Part shown: positions 59,201-63,836 of the stretch, piece after piece
Layout of the letters: every line of letters starts with the position of its first letter
How positions within the stretch are numbered: position 1 is the stretch's first letter
Assembly: GCA_963691875.1 (NCBI GenBank)
Contig: OY829846.1
Location: forward strand, 3,200,001 to 3,264,000
Length of the DNA stretch: 64,000 nt
Source of the DNA: Aureliella sp.
Lineage (GTDB): Bacteria > Planctomycetota > Planctomycetia > Pirellulales > Pirellulaceae
Direction: 5' to 3'
Notes under the pieces: model-generated
Databases searched by the model: none
Told to the model about the DNA's origin: nothing
What the model saw: only the letters and a program-made list of their open reading frames with translations
Position numbers and translations under genes: made by a program

Positions 59201-59785
59201 TCCAACGTGGCTGATGTTTTGATTCGAGTCCAAAGAAGCCGCTGGCAAAATCCAACCGGCAACCTGGATGTCAATGACGACGGCCAGGTTAGTCCGCTGG
59301 ATGCTCTGCTGGTAATCAACTACCTGAACAGTGGAGCAGAGCCGTTCTTGCCAACCTCCGGTGTCGTGCCTCCGCCGTTCTACGACGTGAATGGCGATGA
59401 ATTTGTAACGCCTATCGACGCATTCCGCGTCATCAGCTTCCTCAATGGAAACTCTGGTGGTGGGGCCGGAGAAGGCGAAGCGGCCGACTTCGCTTGGTCT
59501 GAGCAATATGCGATGACCGTCACGCCTGAGCAAATGATTGCAACAGTTGGCAAGCAGGTTGTTGAAGAAGTTCAGCAAGCGTTGCACGAGTCGATGGAGC
59601 AAGCGATGCAAGCAGATGACCTGGACACCGATCTAGTCTACGGACCTCAGCTTCCCCCAGGATTTGTCAGCGAGTCGGATGAATTGCTTGATACGCTAAC
59701 TGCAGGCGAAGCATCCGATGAGGAAATGCATCAGGCTCTCGATGACTTGTTCGGCACTCACTTCTGTGGGCCCAAGGACGTCTAG
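41282..59785 (+). CDS. Giant multidomain surface protein 2 (about 6167 aa), paralogue of protein 1
   Basis: ATG 41282 places RRNRLRKILIETLERRELLA at a similar N-terminal distance as in protein 1. It has an extra N-terminal matrixin-like plus PPC unit, long colinear blocks shared with protein 1 (e.g. PEFYQLI.T.D.V, SLEIPQGVTAMIDAGAIFK, FGGLRLQS.P.ESLVVK, FKDRGA.DRADFIG), GEVED at 53657-53671 and a dockerin at about 59240-59450. Confidence 0.9.
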   Translation: MASHNPARPVSSVYEKQLRRNRLRKILIETLERRELLASDLAFTAFADGTDDAYIQQFKQTGGVDPTTATGRWTNNEVTWSIVPDGTIDSATGDPSNLIAFMDAVYGRGDNGALQDRPWFPLFQSAYESWSNVSGINFTYEAADDGAPIDQTSIGDAGVRGDIRIGGRDIDGNFNSLALNYAPSDGGASGLDGDMIIDTNDAWFVVNAEDASAENRFLANLIAQQAGHGLGLGHRIDAVGEKLMEHTVTDVFAGPQHDDILGAQRIYGDSDEGNNNPGSATQLGNLGNGSVRIAGNSIDSNADTDWYGFRIPSNGKMTLALSPTGEIYDAGDDGGAVLSLNTQRNMLLGFRVIDGATMTTLISGTAASLGDSVSITDFSLPRTGPDGYLIEVTGAGADIQQYNLDITLSDISTDLQVGPTLLSVSPNVGEIFSFNGINQLTEGPNELTLRFDRELSDAALAGFQIYRSGKDLEFDNGNDVVITPGWIGFGETRRIIKARFASPLVDDLYRIEVLQAGITDTDGNALIPRVDGTDRDAVLFRLELGALVNAVVPQPVTSQPDGTVTQARDQIVVYFNNDDLHPEAVTSTGSPSDPTVVRPEFYQLILTEDSVTPGDDTVFRPNMISYDPATDSATLTFANDIDQLAGGAGTFRLRVGSNIPVNSAANPPVIPRFSLGGDVAGFTAGAVPLGGPDFIVAQELVNTQNQLNLAYPGSAFSDPGHRDVNGTSHTGGAPDVDLQVTQQFYNFALDRDYLPGDRTSITPEQMDRVREIFEYWGAQLGIDFVETSEKSDFTVVVGPLSGAGGSLGTMIVPDPIFAPQERLVILDAAEAWTTEASLNPSSSGVPFFGEAFQRIGQMLGLGQIQDLPDGTIMARRGAATTNNEDVYPGDHDVVHGQMLFRPDNKDVDLYRFDVPVGVSGQISIETMAERLSDSSNADTHITLFRETSSGLEVVASNDNYFSSDSYIKMDVTAGTYLIGVTASGNEDFNPVIDNTGSGGTSEGPYELRVNFDPQVSSTIVDINGSALDGDGDGLAGGEFNFWFRAAAPADVAPSGPKTVYVNKDFTGASTGESMAPFSSIPEAIVNRSSGDIIRIAATMGADDDASTVADNPAYEIGRGGLGNGMLSDGISLEIPQGVTAMIDAGAIFKMGGSRVVVGSRDAGTDNSFAGLQVLGTPGNPVIFTSIDDESIGIDTNPIPTQPQAGQWGGIEFRNDVDREQGRGDFERQGIFLNYVGYADMRFGGGQVLATFPSPTVSPLQMSEARPTLLNNSISQSADSAMSADPDSFEETIFTEPRYQLADTFNSDYNRIGPDIRGTMLEDNSINGLFIRVETLAGNEIDQLDVQARFDDTDIPHVLGQNLLIRGTPGGAVHDAARPDVSLVNFNDKSGSLVPGETHSYIVSWVDRFGGESLPSVATTIHTVGSTGGVQLNSLPRATGDFVGRYLYRSANGGVGPFTLVAELDSDSTSFVDAGQDLGSEHPDPTIASIHRARPDARLAIDPGILIKATSSRIEVGISGQLIAEGTDGKPIIFTSRFDDRYGAAGVFDTNNDGATTSSNPGDWSGIVARHESSLSLDHTLVTFAGGISSLPGGFAGFNALELHQTDARVANSTFENNANGLGGNLGAGTRVGRGTHDESVIFVRGSQPVIIDNVIRDNTDGAAAISIDANSLKSFSVQDGGRETGASDSMPGAIGNVGPLVRGNLLAGNSLNGINIRGGATELTTETVWDDTDMVHILQDDIVVGNFHTFGGLRLQSRPGESLVVKSGNGAAITATGTALDIPDRIGGAVRILGVPGFPVIMTSLADDTVGAGFGPDGDVQTDTNGNGASTGAPGQWQGIVLESLSNDRNVNTILELEPDEVQGSGSNNGPLQAQLLGQLADDLDAGDENLRLGFTVQGNIATESDLDVYKFVGNAGSTVWIDIDRTGAALDSVVEVLDIFGRVLAQSDNSIAESQAGNVLFTDPGVLPGTVHVMDQDPFAATDGLSGVDVDFQTTNPADAGLRIELPGASGTPNDYYIRVRSSNVGPTQNQTRLQDPARDSEGLTTGTYRLNVRLQQQDEIGGSTVRYADIRFASTGIDVNGLPRHSNLLGTSSDLGAVPGNDWAARALNVGNIGQSDRASISLAGDLTADVDVDWYRFDVEGVQGASTPAITLDVDYADGFGRPDTSLWVYELVDNNELKLTYIGTDSDVSDDQARSEQGLDVGDFSRGSAGTNDPFIGSRNFAPGTYLVAVTSGSRQADNLLQYTARTSTRPHFSTGFRLVPISPRLFSVSDPDVLDIGGLSPVPFNLADLTAFTLTTRPTLSGDVSNLVFTNPFTGVTEAEVGDNFPDAVKDFALRTDPTTDGYLVGFGQGINDEEAGEFYRFDSAGDGAVASGLVGNAGMVTFSTTQTTDANGNTTFAVRQQETEPGSEEFNGIGVQIEGLTFQNDGANLFGVGFRDEFFSAVFGDPANPDTVTGRTPEEGGNYVYRFNPDTGAVIGNAGETRTTVQTQTQGAGTNAVEYFELDSTGLVTGLTSIDGDEVGQLFAVSDQGEFYRMAMRSDGSQTFTGLPETIPSLRTLRDGGTAIPFTGLGVGPSNLANNILFGVTADGTIYAFDTLGDFQNIFPNGDFKVRSQALGASNVHDMEFSPLDQNLWHRTDNNADDGGDGFGGTVSLRFGFEDPRVEPDPRFRQPGTWSDRVIDDRTGNLMFPGGAEGALESDLIDLSAYSASDEPHLYFSYNADRTDVSLGEVNVLDALRVYAADDTGEWTQLASNNANEAGPELFDSAEWRQARISLADFAGKPDIRLRFEFTTGGFRAGRANFDGEELTAIPGASFNVGDPAARRFTVASVDQANAQLGDFEFDFGLVLNLPAGASIEDGDTISVGGTPMVFQTNPTAANHVFYRADMPPSVVAASLSARLQGFLGLNVVTNPELPNMLNVTNALPFGNSVTGLPNSVIVDLPGVAPGRTAIRITQASSAQQVLAAVRQALANEFNVAGQQNNLGVWPTYGDTVKLYKYTVTLGNADSTETLRLVNAANRGDRFSNDGNPPNEPAVQVTQQRRAQRNNFPGVYIDNIIIGLAERGEFAEGAASVGPNQAANDDDIFQGLGSLGRYQLEIRTSSSRVLDSNSRYAPGLGFEVTSASGIADGQTFELTDGVDAVTFEFNVVPDRTNPAGDPAGDVIPGNVSILLQPDDTAENIAKQIVAAVNSPTVQSLLAVSAHVQSNSRNVEFHGPASFSLDGSSFTGVPALDLGVDDSDNDQAPWGRNLPGEDHGDSNRYRDQGVVLIESTFVSNSQNWGIDVDADARAPESPTSPGSPIHYPTDNPDNLAPGVVLLNNVLDSNTVGGILISGVELNDLSNAGRDIKRPSPVARVVNNTIFGDGSGTGIRVNDDAAPYILNNILAENGVGIEVIGSLSQLRTTVGANFYFGNTTNTAGVTNEAFAGVSTTSPFLDAATGNFYLRPGSNAIDSSIDELAEAASLAALKSAIGLPPSPALAPDSDVAGQRRVDDPNVSSPAGLGSNIFKDRGAYDRADFIGLQAILQEPVDNDSRGLDIESAPTVVQLSEGGLRFFEVLLVDPFGGSGPDNATVNAENVILTENGERLIPGADYVFGYNTSNRTIRFTPLSGLWRDDSVYEITLVNNDAFVLDLPADGRSIADGDTLAVTVGGTTHQFEWDTDETTTSGTAIPFKQDYSQSALTFALLKALKDVGIVAFVQGSSGIMVPGASVSGTPGGSVVTAIRDIAGNRLQPNRPTDLTQFTLFMPEVKFDYGDGPNPASVLLANDAARHSILPIDVANPKLGSFVDADMDGVSSNSSSADDLEVRVLPSSTIPGLSFGVEGQGVLTLPIPSAALDGQVVTIVSGLSTLDFEFDNDGSASGIPVDFSGATTADDVADSLRAAIESELFAGRLNDIAPTTNGAVLNIGAAPHVSVDVTAAPDVTQTIAGNIEVRFGSGVLADSQFMEILDGSGQTIRFELNDTSAPGEFRLPSETLALVNVDLTTATTEDVVQAIADEINVRVALGALGLGPAVANGTSLFINGDDEQGVTFGGLLNSLALPVPVTVTSTDTGVLDAWIDYSGDGLFTPDEQIADTMLLLPGANTFLVTVPNTAQAGFTTSRFRVSKTGNVLANGLALGGEVEDHLVEIVAGTPPVALDDSYRVNEDEPLSVTAPGILANDSDIDSLSFGIRDEDPLKPDVQPFEDVKRGNLVLRADGSFDYMPEPDFFGVDTFVYFVQDERLTSGTAATVTINVSPINDVPDPFDDEITIHEDQSVVVDGEFLTRNDFKGQHGTDSQFNELPQTLTIIEATISAPPLFAGQTVMVMNNELHFTPPAHYTSQTDGAVKVEVTVTDDGQSFNDISGVIEDDSQEAVSTLTINIIELNDSPEFNMTSNLNHLEDAGPQDVPEFISNIMPGPNPAIDEGADVENQSVAFTATALDPTLFASGPSIDANGDLSYEVAEHVNSNAPFPPQLLVEVAAVDSGAGDTILTNVFDPTEVASTSESYDGVKLTITDTNGNVVVFEFDDAALPGVGSTGGIPHAAIGYDATDTNATVSAKIAEAISTPPAASISAGTGPWVAKSFVDAVNGDIRVVSDASTVVTPADITITLTNLFTGLVGAQSYDGATFTLVDGNSNIITFELNDTTDAAPATPGVTAGHAAINYDPTFTKDQLSQAISDAINTPDPAITGGLPTPWIANSLLPPGSSTLQLTSVISLGLSNSTSTIVNPLETEVVTKSVPVDYRPAHDAPVQTFTITIEPVNDAPEFDMTTPLELLEDAGPQNFTDFVTGAVAGPGGALDESSQNLTLNVFAVDPSAFLVQPTVVFDSLTGTADLQFDLNPDVNNETGHDLRIVVSLMDDGGTANTGVDVSVQTLALDVTPVNDRPSFDLAETELTYLEDNESVTGNAPTRYENFAVNATQGPGTAVDETTLPATKQTLLYQTISVSDPSLFSQLPAITPDGHLEFHTAPDANGTAVISVRLLDNGLGGTPNGDDNQARPDLTFTINLTAVNDAPTFDIPATISGIEDEGLVQRANFATNLLPGPETATDEINQQFTVTAVAEDPSVFLVQPTISANGTLVYQTATDVNREFANLRVRVTVSDDGPNSPPPNSNTSAEKTFTIDVAPINDAPLFVLETPEINILEDVGMHTESGVTSNAVAGPATAVDENDPITGQTLNYEVIAVSAPELFATQPALDANGQLTFETAEHKNGTALVVIRLVDSGVGTPPPNDNDSALQTITINIAAVNDAPEFSIPGSTTVEEDAGLVSIGGFATDVRRGPVGTDDENSQQVAFTATATDPAAFATQPTISPDGTLVFQTAQDVNGPLEVVVQLSDSGLGAPPPNDNTSDSQTFTINVLPVNDEPITMPYVASTAEDTPITILAADVLQNDLPGPPDESAQSLIMTQIERTGSQGGIIVPVFDGSEIVSFTYTPPTDVVLTDTFLYVVTDNGTPARSGSGTISINITGVNDPPQFDKGPNQVVPEDAGAVSVSGWASNILAGPPVATDEHGTQTVTFDVTTNNPDLFAVAPAISSDGTLTYTSATDANGTAVVTVTPIDDGPSDAPNNNTGVAQSFTITVTPVNDAPVFTGSGDVQVAEDSGSYSEPWASDILPAGGLANNPATATDETPQGVDFVVTNDQPALFSVQPIISSSGQLQFAPSNDSFGTAIVTVTAIDQGPAGGQDVNNSAPQSFTITIEPVNDTPVAVPDEYTIDENSILSVAADGLLANDTDVDGDSLAAVPATITSNLSAEVTINADGSFQYDPTMVLSLQQMSDGQSVLDTFIYEVEDPSGSRSTTVVSITVTGIDDAPIANDDAFSLGVGQSRLLEILLNDTDVDSAIDPRSITITQLPITGTAVVNQTGVIEYTAADGFVGVDTLGYTIRDAAGNLSNEAFVTVTMNNPPIAVDDSTFTFKNEPLNINILGNDSDSDGTLDPSSVQIVGQPTTGTVQVLADGTVTYTPATDFFGEDSFAYVVSDNLGTTSNVADVLIRVQRSRWQNPTGNLDVNDDGQVSPLDALLVINYLNSGAEPFLPTSGVVPPPFYDVNGDEFVTPIDAFRVISFLNGNSGGGAGEGEAADFAWSEQYAMTVTPEQMIATVGKQVVEEVQQALHESMEQAMQADDLDTDLVYGPQLPPGFVSESDELLDTLTAGEASDEEMHQALDDLFGTHFCGPKDV
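53690..59235 (+). repeat. About 14 cadherin-like Ig repeats in protein 2
   Basis: Recurrent (V/I)NDAPxF...ED.G...GP..A.DE..Q...P..F...P.I...G.L...TA...NG...D.G...PPN.N.S...FTI units, plus Big_9-type units at both ends. Counted by eye. Confidence 0.8.
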
Positions 59786-59827
59786 TCTCTGATTTGCCTG
59801 TCCGGCAAGGATTGAACCAACAATTTG

Positions 59828-59865
59828 AAACGCCGTGTGGATCTAGATCCGCACGGCGTTTTTTT
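59828..59865 (+). terminator. Intrinsic terminator after giant protein 2, possibly bidirectional
   Basis: aaacgccgtgtggatc / gatccgcacggcgttt long stem with one G-U pair, followed by a T run. Lies between convergent genes. Confidence 0.85.
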
Positions 59866-59942
59866 CAGTTTGCTGGCAATTCTAGTTCTTTATCTAAAAA
59901 CAAACTTTCCATTCGTGGCAAAGAAACTTCCGGCAAGAGCTA

Positions 59943-61400
59943 CTAACGTAGCGTCTCGGTTGACAAAGCAGCGTTCTTCTCCGTCGGAGCTCGAATACTG
60001 ACCGGCGGCTGCCACATCTCGAAACTCGAAGCAAGTTGCAGGTCGCCAGTTGCGAAGCTCTCACCCATGTTGCCCCCCACCGTAAACATCAATGCCATCC
60101 GGTCGCCTGCGTCGTTGGATAGATGGTCGTAGATCCATTGGATCGGAACGTCTTGAACTTGGCCAGCTGCGGCGATCCTGACCAAACGAAGCTCGTTCGA
60201 AGTCACACGTTCATCACTCTCCAAGAAATTGCGAAACTTAGAGCCTAGTTGTCGCTTTAGGTCACTCTGGATACCTTCCGTTGTGACATGAGTTCCCGGC
60301 TTCGTGTTGGTCAGGCGAGAAATGTTACACTGTGCAATGACATTGTTGTTCTCAACAAGTCTAAGAATGGTCTCTTCCCGCGAATCGACGAACATCTTCC
60401 ACCGTCGGTCAGCCAGCATCGAAAATCCGCCTGGCGTCGACTGAATACGAACCAGCCAGCGGCCAGGATCATTTTCCGTCGCGAGTTCTCGAAGTACTTT
60501 TTCGGATGTATCGACTTTATTATCACCAGTTTCAATGCGGATCATTCGCACTAAGGCTTCTATCTCGAAGCCTGGCTGTGATTCACTGATCTCGCGTCTT
60601 TCCTGAATTGCTAAGGCGAGCCATGTGATGATCGCGGATTGCGAAGCAACTTCCGCACGAAAATTGCCGCGAACATCTAAATGTGTCGCAACGCTATTCG
60701 CAGAAGCCTCTATGGCTCCCGATAATTCAACCGAAAGCACGCCGTCTTCGATCTTTGAGATCTTGGCGTTAAGCGTGTTTTTGTGTACCGCTTCCAAATT
60801 GAACAAATGCTGAACTTCGTCATTCTCGAATCGCCAGCTAGCTCGTTCGCTGACAACCCCCTCGGGAAGTAGCAACTCCAGCGAGCCCGAGTTGACAGAG
60901 GACTGTAGTAGTTCCGTTTCCCGTTGATCCAACGGCTCCTCCGTACAGAATTGCTCCCAGCTGCCCTCGTGCCACATCAACTTTGTGTTCTTGCATTCCG
61001 GGCGCAGCTGCCTTTGCGAAGTCTTACCAGCAACCCAGTTCTCTGAGTTGGCTTCCACATAGCGTCTTGCGGACGCATTGAACTGAGAACCTTCAAAGGT
61101 GAGTTTTTCGAAGTAATCCAAGGTCGACTTCGACCGAATTTCTGCTGCGCGAAACGGGCCATCCGACTCTTTGAGAGGCTCCAGATGCAACTTCCCGCTA
61201 AGCTCCGTGACCATTTTGGCTCGCGAATGGAGTAGCTTCAAGTTCTGAGGGCGAACCATTCTCTGTAGTAATTCACCGTTGCCTGCTGGACTAGCACTAA
61301 GCGAAGTCCTCGCAGCGAAGGTCGCCGCAGGAAGAAAAAGGCTGGCTTGCAACGCACGGCGCAAGGCCTCGCGACGAGAGAGCTGGCTAGAGCGTGTCAT
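59943..61400 (-). CDS. Hypothetical exported protein with a Tat-like signal
   Basis: 485 aa from ATG 61400 (ORF open to 61433). MTRSSQLSRREALRRALQASLFLPAATFAA resembles a twin-arginine signal. No catalytic motif recognised. Confidence 0.7.
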   Translation of the reverse strand: MTRSSQLSRREALRRALQASLFLPAATFAARTSLSASPAGNGELLQRMVRPQNLKLLHSRAKMVTELSGKLHLEPLKESDGPFRAAEIRSKSTLDYFEKLTFEGSQFNASARRYVEANSENWVAGKTSQRQLRPECKNTKLMWHEGSWEQFCTEEPLDQRETELLQSSVNSGSLELLLPEGVVSERASWRFENDEVQHLFNLEAVHKNTLNAKISKIEDGVLSVELSGAIEASANSVATHLDVRGNFRAEVASQSAIITWLALAIQERREISESQPGFEIEALVRMIRIETGDNKVDTSEKVLRELATENDPGRWLVRIQSTPGGFSMLADRRWKMFVDSREETILRLVENNNVIAQCNISRLTNTKPGTHVTTEGIQSDLKRQLGSKFRNFLESDERVTSNELRLVRIAAAGQVQDVPIQWIYDHLSNDAGDRMALMFTVGGNMGESFATGDLQLASSFEMWQPPVSIRAPTEKNAALSTETLR

Positions 61401-61732
61401 GTTGGCGGGACTCCTCGCAAGCATATTGTGCATGTATTTGTAATTGCTAGCAACCGAAAGGAATAACTAGGCTTTTGAACCCAGAATCGGCATGAAACTG
61501 CATCACACATAAACATGATGTAGCGAACAAGCGAACACAGCGAACAGCTGACGGCGTCTCACAATGAGACAGCTGGAGTCGGATTCACCAGCTTCTTGCA
61601 AAACTGTCACTGATTTTTTCAAAGCCAGAAAAACTTATTCACAGCGGCGCCTGTGGGCCAGGCGTCATAAGCCCCTAAATAGCAGGAGGTTAGAGCATCG
61701 AAGCCAATTCAAGTGACACTTTTTTGAACACT

Positions 61733-61748
61733 TGGCCTTGTTTTTGCA
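61733..61748 (+). promoter_or_regulatory. Candidate sigma-54 (-24/-12) promoter
   Basis: TGGCCTTGTTTTTGCA has exact GG-N10-GC spacing and matches TGGCACG-N4-TTGCW except at ACG. Confidence 0.5.
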
Positions 61749-62103
61749 CCCAGTAAGGGAGGCGGCGAAATTGCGTCTAACAGGATGAAGGGCAATCGCT
61801 TCAGAGCGAGCAACGAACTATCCGCCGTGGCAACTTCGTACTTATGTGTGGGGACCACGGGAAACAACGAACTCTGACAGCGATATTGTCCATTTCGACC
61901 GGAGCGTTAACTCCGCCGAATTGACGCAGTTGCCTTACTGCCCTCCTCAAGAATGATTTAATTCAAAACAAATCATTCTTTGACGGGTTCGAACAAAGAA
62001 GCGAGTTCTAGGAAGGAGCTCAAACCCAGCCGTACTTTGGTGTCAGCGGTCGGAAACCGCAAGGACTAACTTCACCAAGTGCCAGCAGGGAGAGGTGAGA
62101 AAG

Positions 62104-63774
62104 ATGCATCAAGATTATCGCATCGGATTGATTCGTGAACTGAGAGATCAGCAAGTTCGCTTCGCGCCAAGGACTCGTCGTCTTGAGCAAGCTGAACGTG
62201 CGGAACGTCTGCTCGCAGATCTCGATCTCGAACGAGAATATCCTTACGAATTCATATACTTCCGGGTAACCGATTTTCGTCCTGATGAAAGTGCCCGCAA
62301 AATGATCCGTGGTGAAGATGCCGCGCATGATCTGCGGTTGTTCGTCGAAGACATCACAGATTCTCTTAATCTAAAGGTAGAAGAGGCGAAGGAGCCGGTT
62401 CACACAGTGGATGAGCTCAGCCGAATGTTCAACGTCTCCACCAAGACAATCTCTCGATGGAGAGACCAAGGGCTTGTCAGCCGACGTTTCGTTTACGAAG
62501 GGCGTAAGCGAGTCGGCTTCTTGCACAGTAGCGTCGAGCGGTTTGTGGCTCGCAATCGTGATCGTGTAAAACGTGGTGAACGGTTTAGCCAGCTTTCCAA
62601 CGATGAACGCATGGACATCATCGAGCGAGCTCGTCGCATTGCAGCAACTGGGGCGAAGCTTTCGGAGGTGTCACGTCAAGTCGCCGCGGGACTTGGAAGA
62701 AGCATCGAAACGATTCGTTACACTTTAAAGAACTTCGACCGAAAGAACCCGGACCAGGCCGTCTTTCCAGAAGCTCGCGAGAAGCTGACGGATGAGGACA
62801 AAGTGGCGATCTTCGACAGCTATCAGCGCGGCGTTGGAATCAGTGCACTAACGCGTCAATACTCACGTACTCGCAGTGCGATCGTTCGTATTTTGAATGA
62901 GCAGCGTGCACACTTGATTCTCGCGTTGCCGCTGGACTTCATTCACAACGAGTCATACGAGCGTCCTGGTGCAAAACTGGAAGAAGAAATTCTCGGCGAG
63001 ATCCCTGAGGCGATCATTCCGCCTCGCAAAGTACGCCCTCCCAGCGGACTGCCAACTTACTTGGCAAGCTTGTATGACGTGCAATTGCTGACCCGTGAGC
63101 AAGAATACCACTTGTTCCGCAAAATGAATTACCTCAAGTTCAAAGCGTTCAGCCTGCGAGAAAGGCTTGATCCATCCGAACCGCGAGTTGGGATGATGGA
63201 CGAGATTGAACAATTGAACGAATCCGCTGTCGCAGTGAAAAACCAGATTGTTCAAGCCAACTTACGATTGGTGGTTTCGATCGCGAAAAGGCACATGAAC
63301 AGTTCGGATGATTTCTTCTCGCTCGTCAGTGATGGCAATATGTCCTTGTTCCGAGCGGTCGAGAAATTCGATTACTCGCGCGGCAACAAGTTCAGCACTT
63401 ATGCAAGTTGGGCCATCATGAAGAACTTTGCGCGGTCTATCCCAAGCGAGTTTAAGCACAAGGACCGCTTCCGAACCACTGGCGAGGAAGTGTTCATGGC
63501 TCATGAGGATACACGGGTCGATCACTTTGCGGCGGAGATCGCTCAGAAACAGCGCGTGAAGCAGATCAACAGAATTCTGAACAAGTTAGATCATCGCGAA
63601 CAACAGATTATCATTCGCCGATTCGGATTGGACCACAACAACGAACCATTGACTTTGAAGGAAGTTGGTGCGGAGCTTGGTGTAACTAAAGAACGCATAC
63701 GGCAGATCGAGGCTCGTGCACTAACGAAGCTGCGTGAAGCGGCTTCGACCGAGGCGCTCGACGTTCCGGAGTAA
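62104..63774 (+). CDS. Sigma-70 family RNA polymerase sigma factor with a long N-terminal multi-HTH extension
   Basis: Region 1.2-like YLASLYDVQLLTREQE, region 2 NLRLVVSIAK...AVEKFDYSRGNKFSTYASWAI and region 4 LTLKEVGAELGVTKERIRQIEARALTKLR. ATG 62104 follows GGAGAGGTG. Confidence 0.9.
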   Translation: MHQDYRIGLIRELRDQQVRFAPRTRRLEQAERAERLLADLDLEREYPYEFIYFRVTDFRPDESARKMIRGEDAAHDLRLFVEDITDSLNLKVEEAKEPVHTVDELSRMFNVSTKTISRWRDQGLVSRRFVYEGRKRVGFLHSSVERFVARNRDRVKRGERFSQLSNDERMDIIERARRIAATGAKLSEVSRQVAAGLGRSIETIRYTLKNFDRKNPDQAVFPEAREKLTDEDKVAIFDSYQRGVGISALTRQYSRTRSAIVRILNEQRAHLILALPLDFIHNESYERPGAKLEEEILGEIPEAIIPPRKVRPPSGLPTYLASLYDVQLLTREQEYHLFRKMNYLKFKAFSLRERLDPSEPRVGMMDEIEQLNESAVAVKNQIVQANLRLVVSIAKRHMNSSDDFFSLVSDGNMSLFRAVEKFDYSRGNKFSTYASWAIMKNFARSIPSEFKHKDRFRTTGEEVFMAHEDTRVDHFAAEIAQKQRVKQINRILNKLDHREQQIIIRRFGLDHNNEPLTLKEVGAELGVTKERIRQIEARALTKLREAASTEALDVPE

Positions 63775-63802
63775 AGCTAGCTCGAAGCCTGGCAATAATT
63801 GT

Positions 63803-63836
63803 AAGGCTGCATTTCGTTGGGGATGCAGCCTTCTTT
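63803..63836 (+). terminator. Probable intrinsic terminator after the sigma factor gene
   Basis: aaggctgcat / atgcagcctt perfect 10-bp stem followed by cttt. Confidence 0.65.

Noticed and set aside
25178..59611. Many antisense and alternate-frame ORFs inside the two giant genes
   Set aside because: Expected from the codon bias of long Thr/Asp/Gly/Val-rich genes; none has independent motifs.
25026..59785. RTX toxin, intein, CRISPR-like or cellulosome interpretation of the giant genes
   Set aside because: I saw no GGxGxD nonapeptide arrays, intein ends, nucleotide-level identical repeats with spacers, or glycoside hydrolase/cohesin domains.
61488..61502. Second sigma-54-like site CGGCATGAAACTGCA
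   Set aside because: GG to GC spacing is 9 nt, not the required 10.
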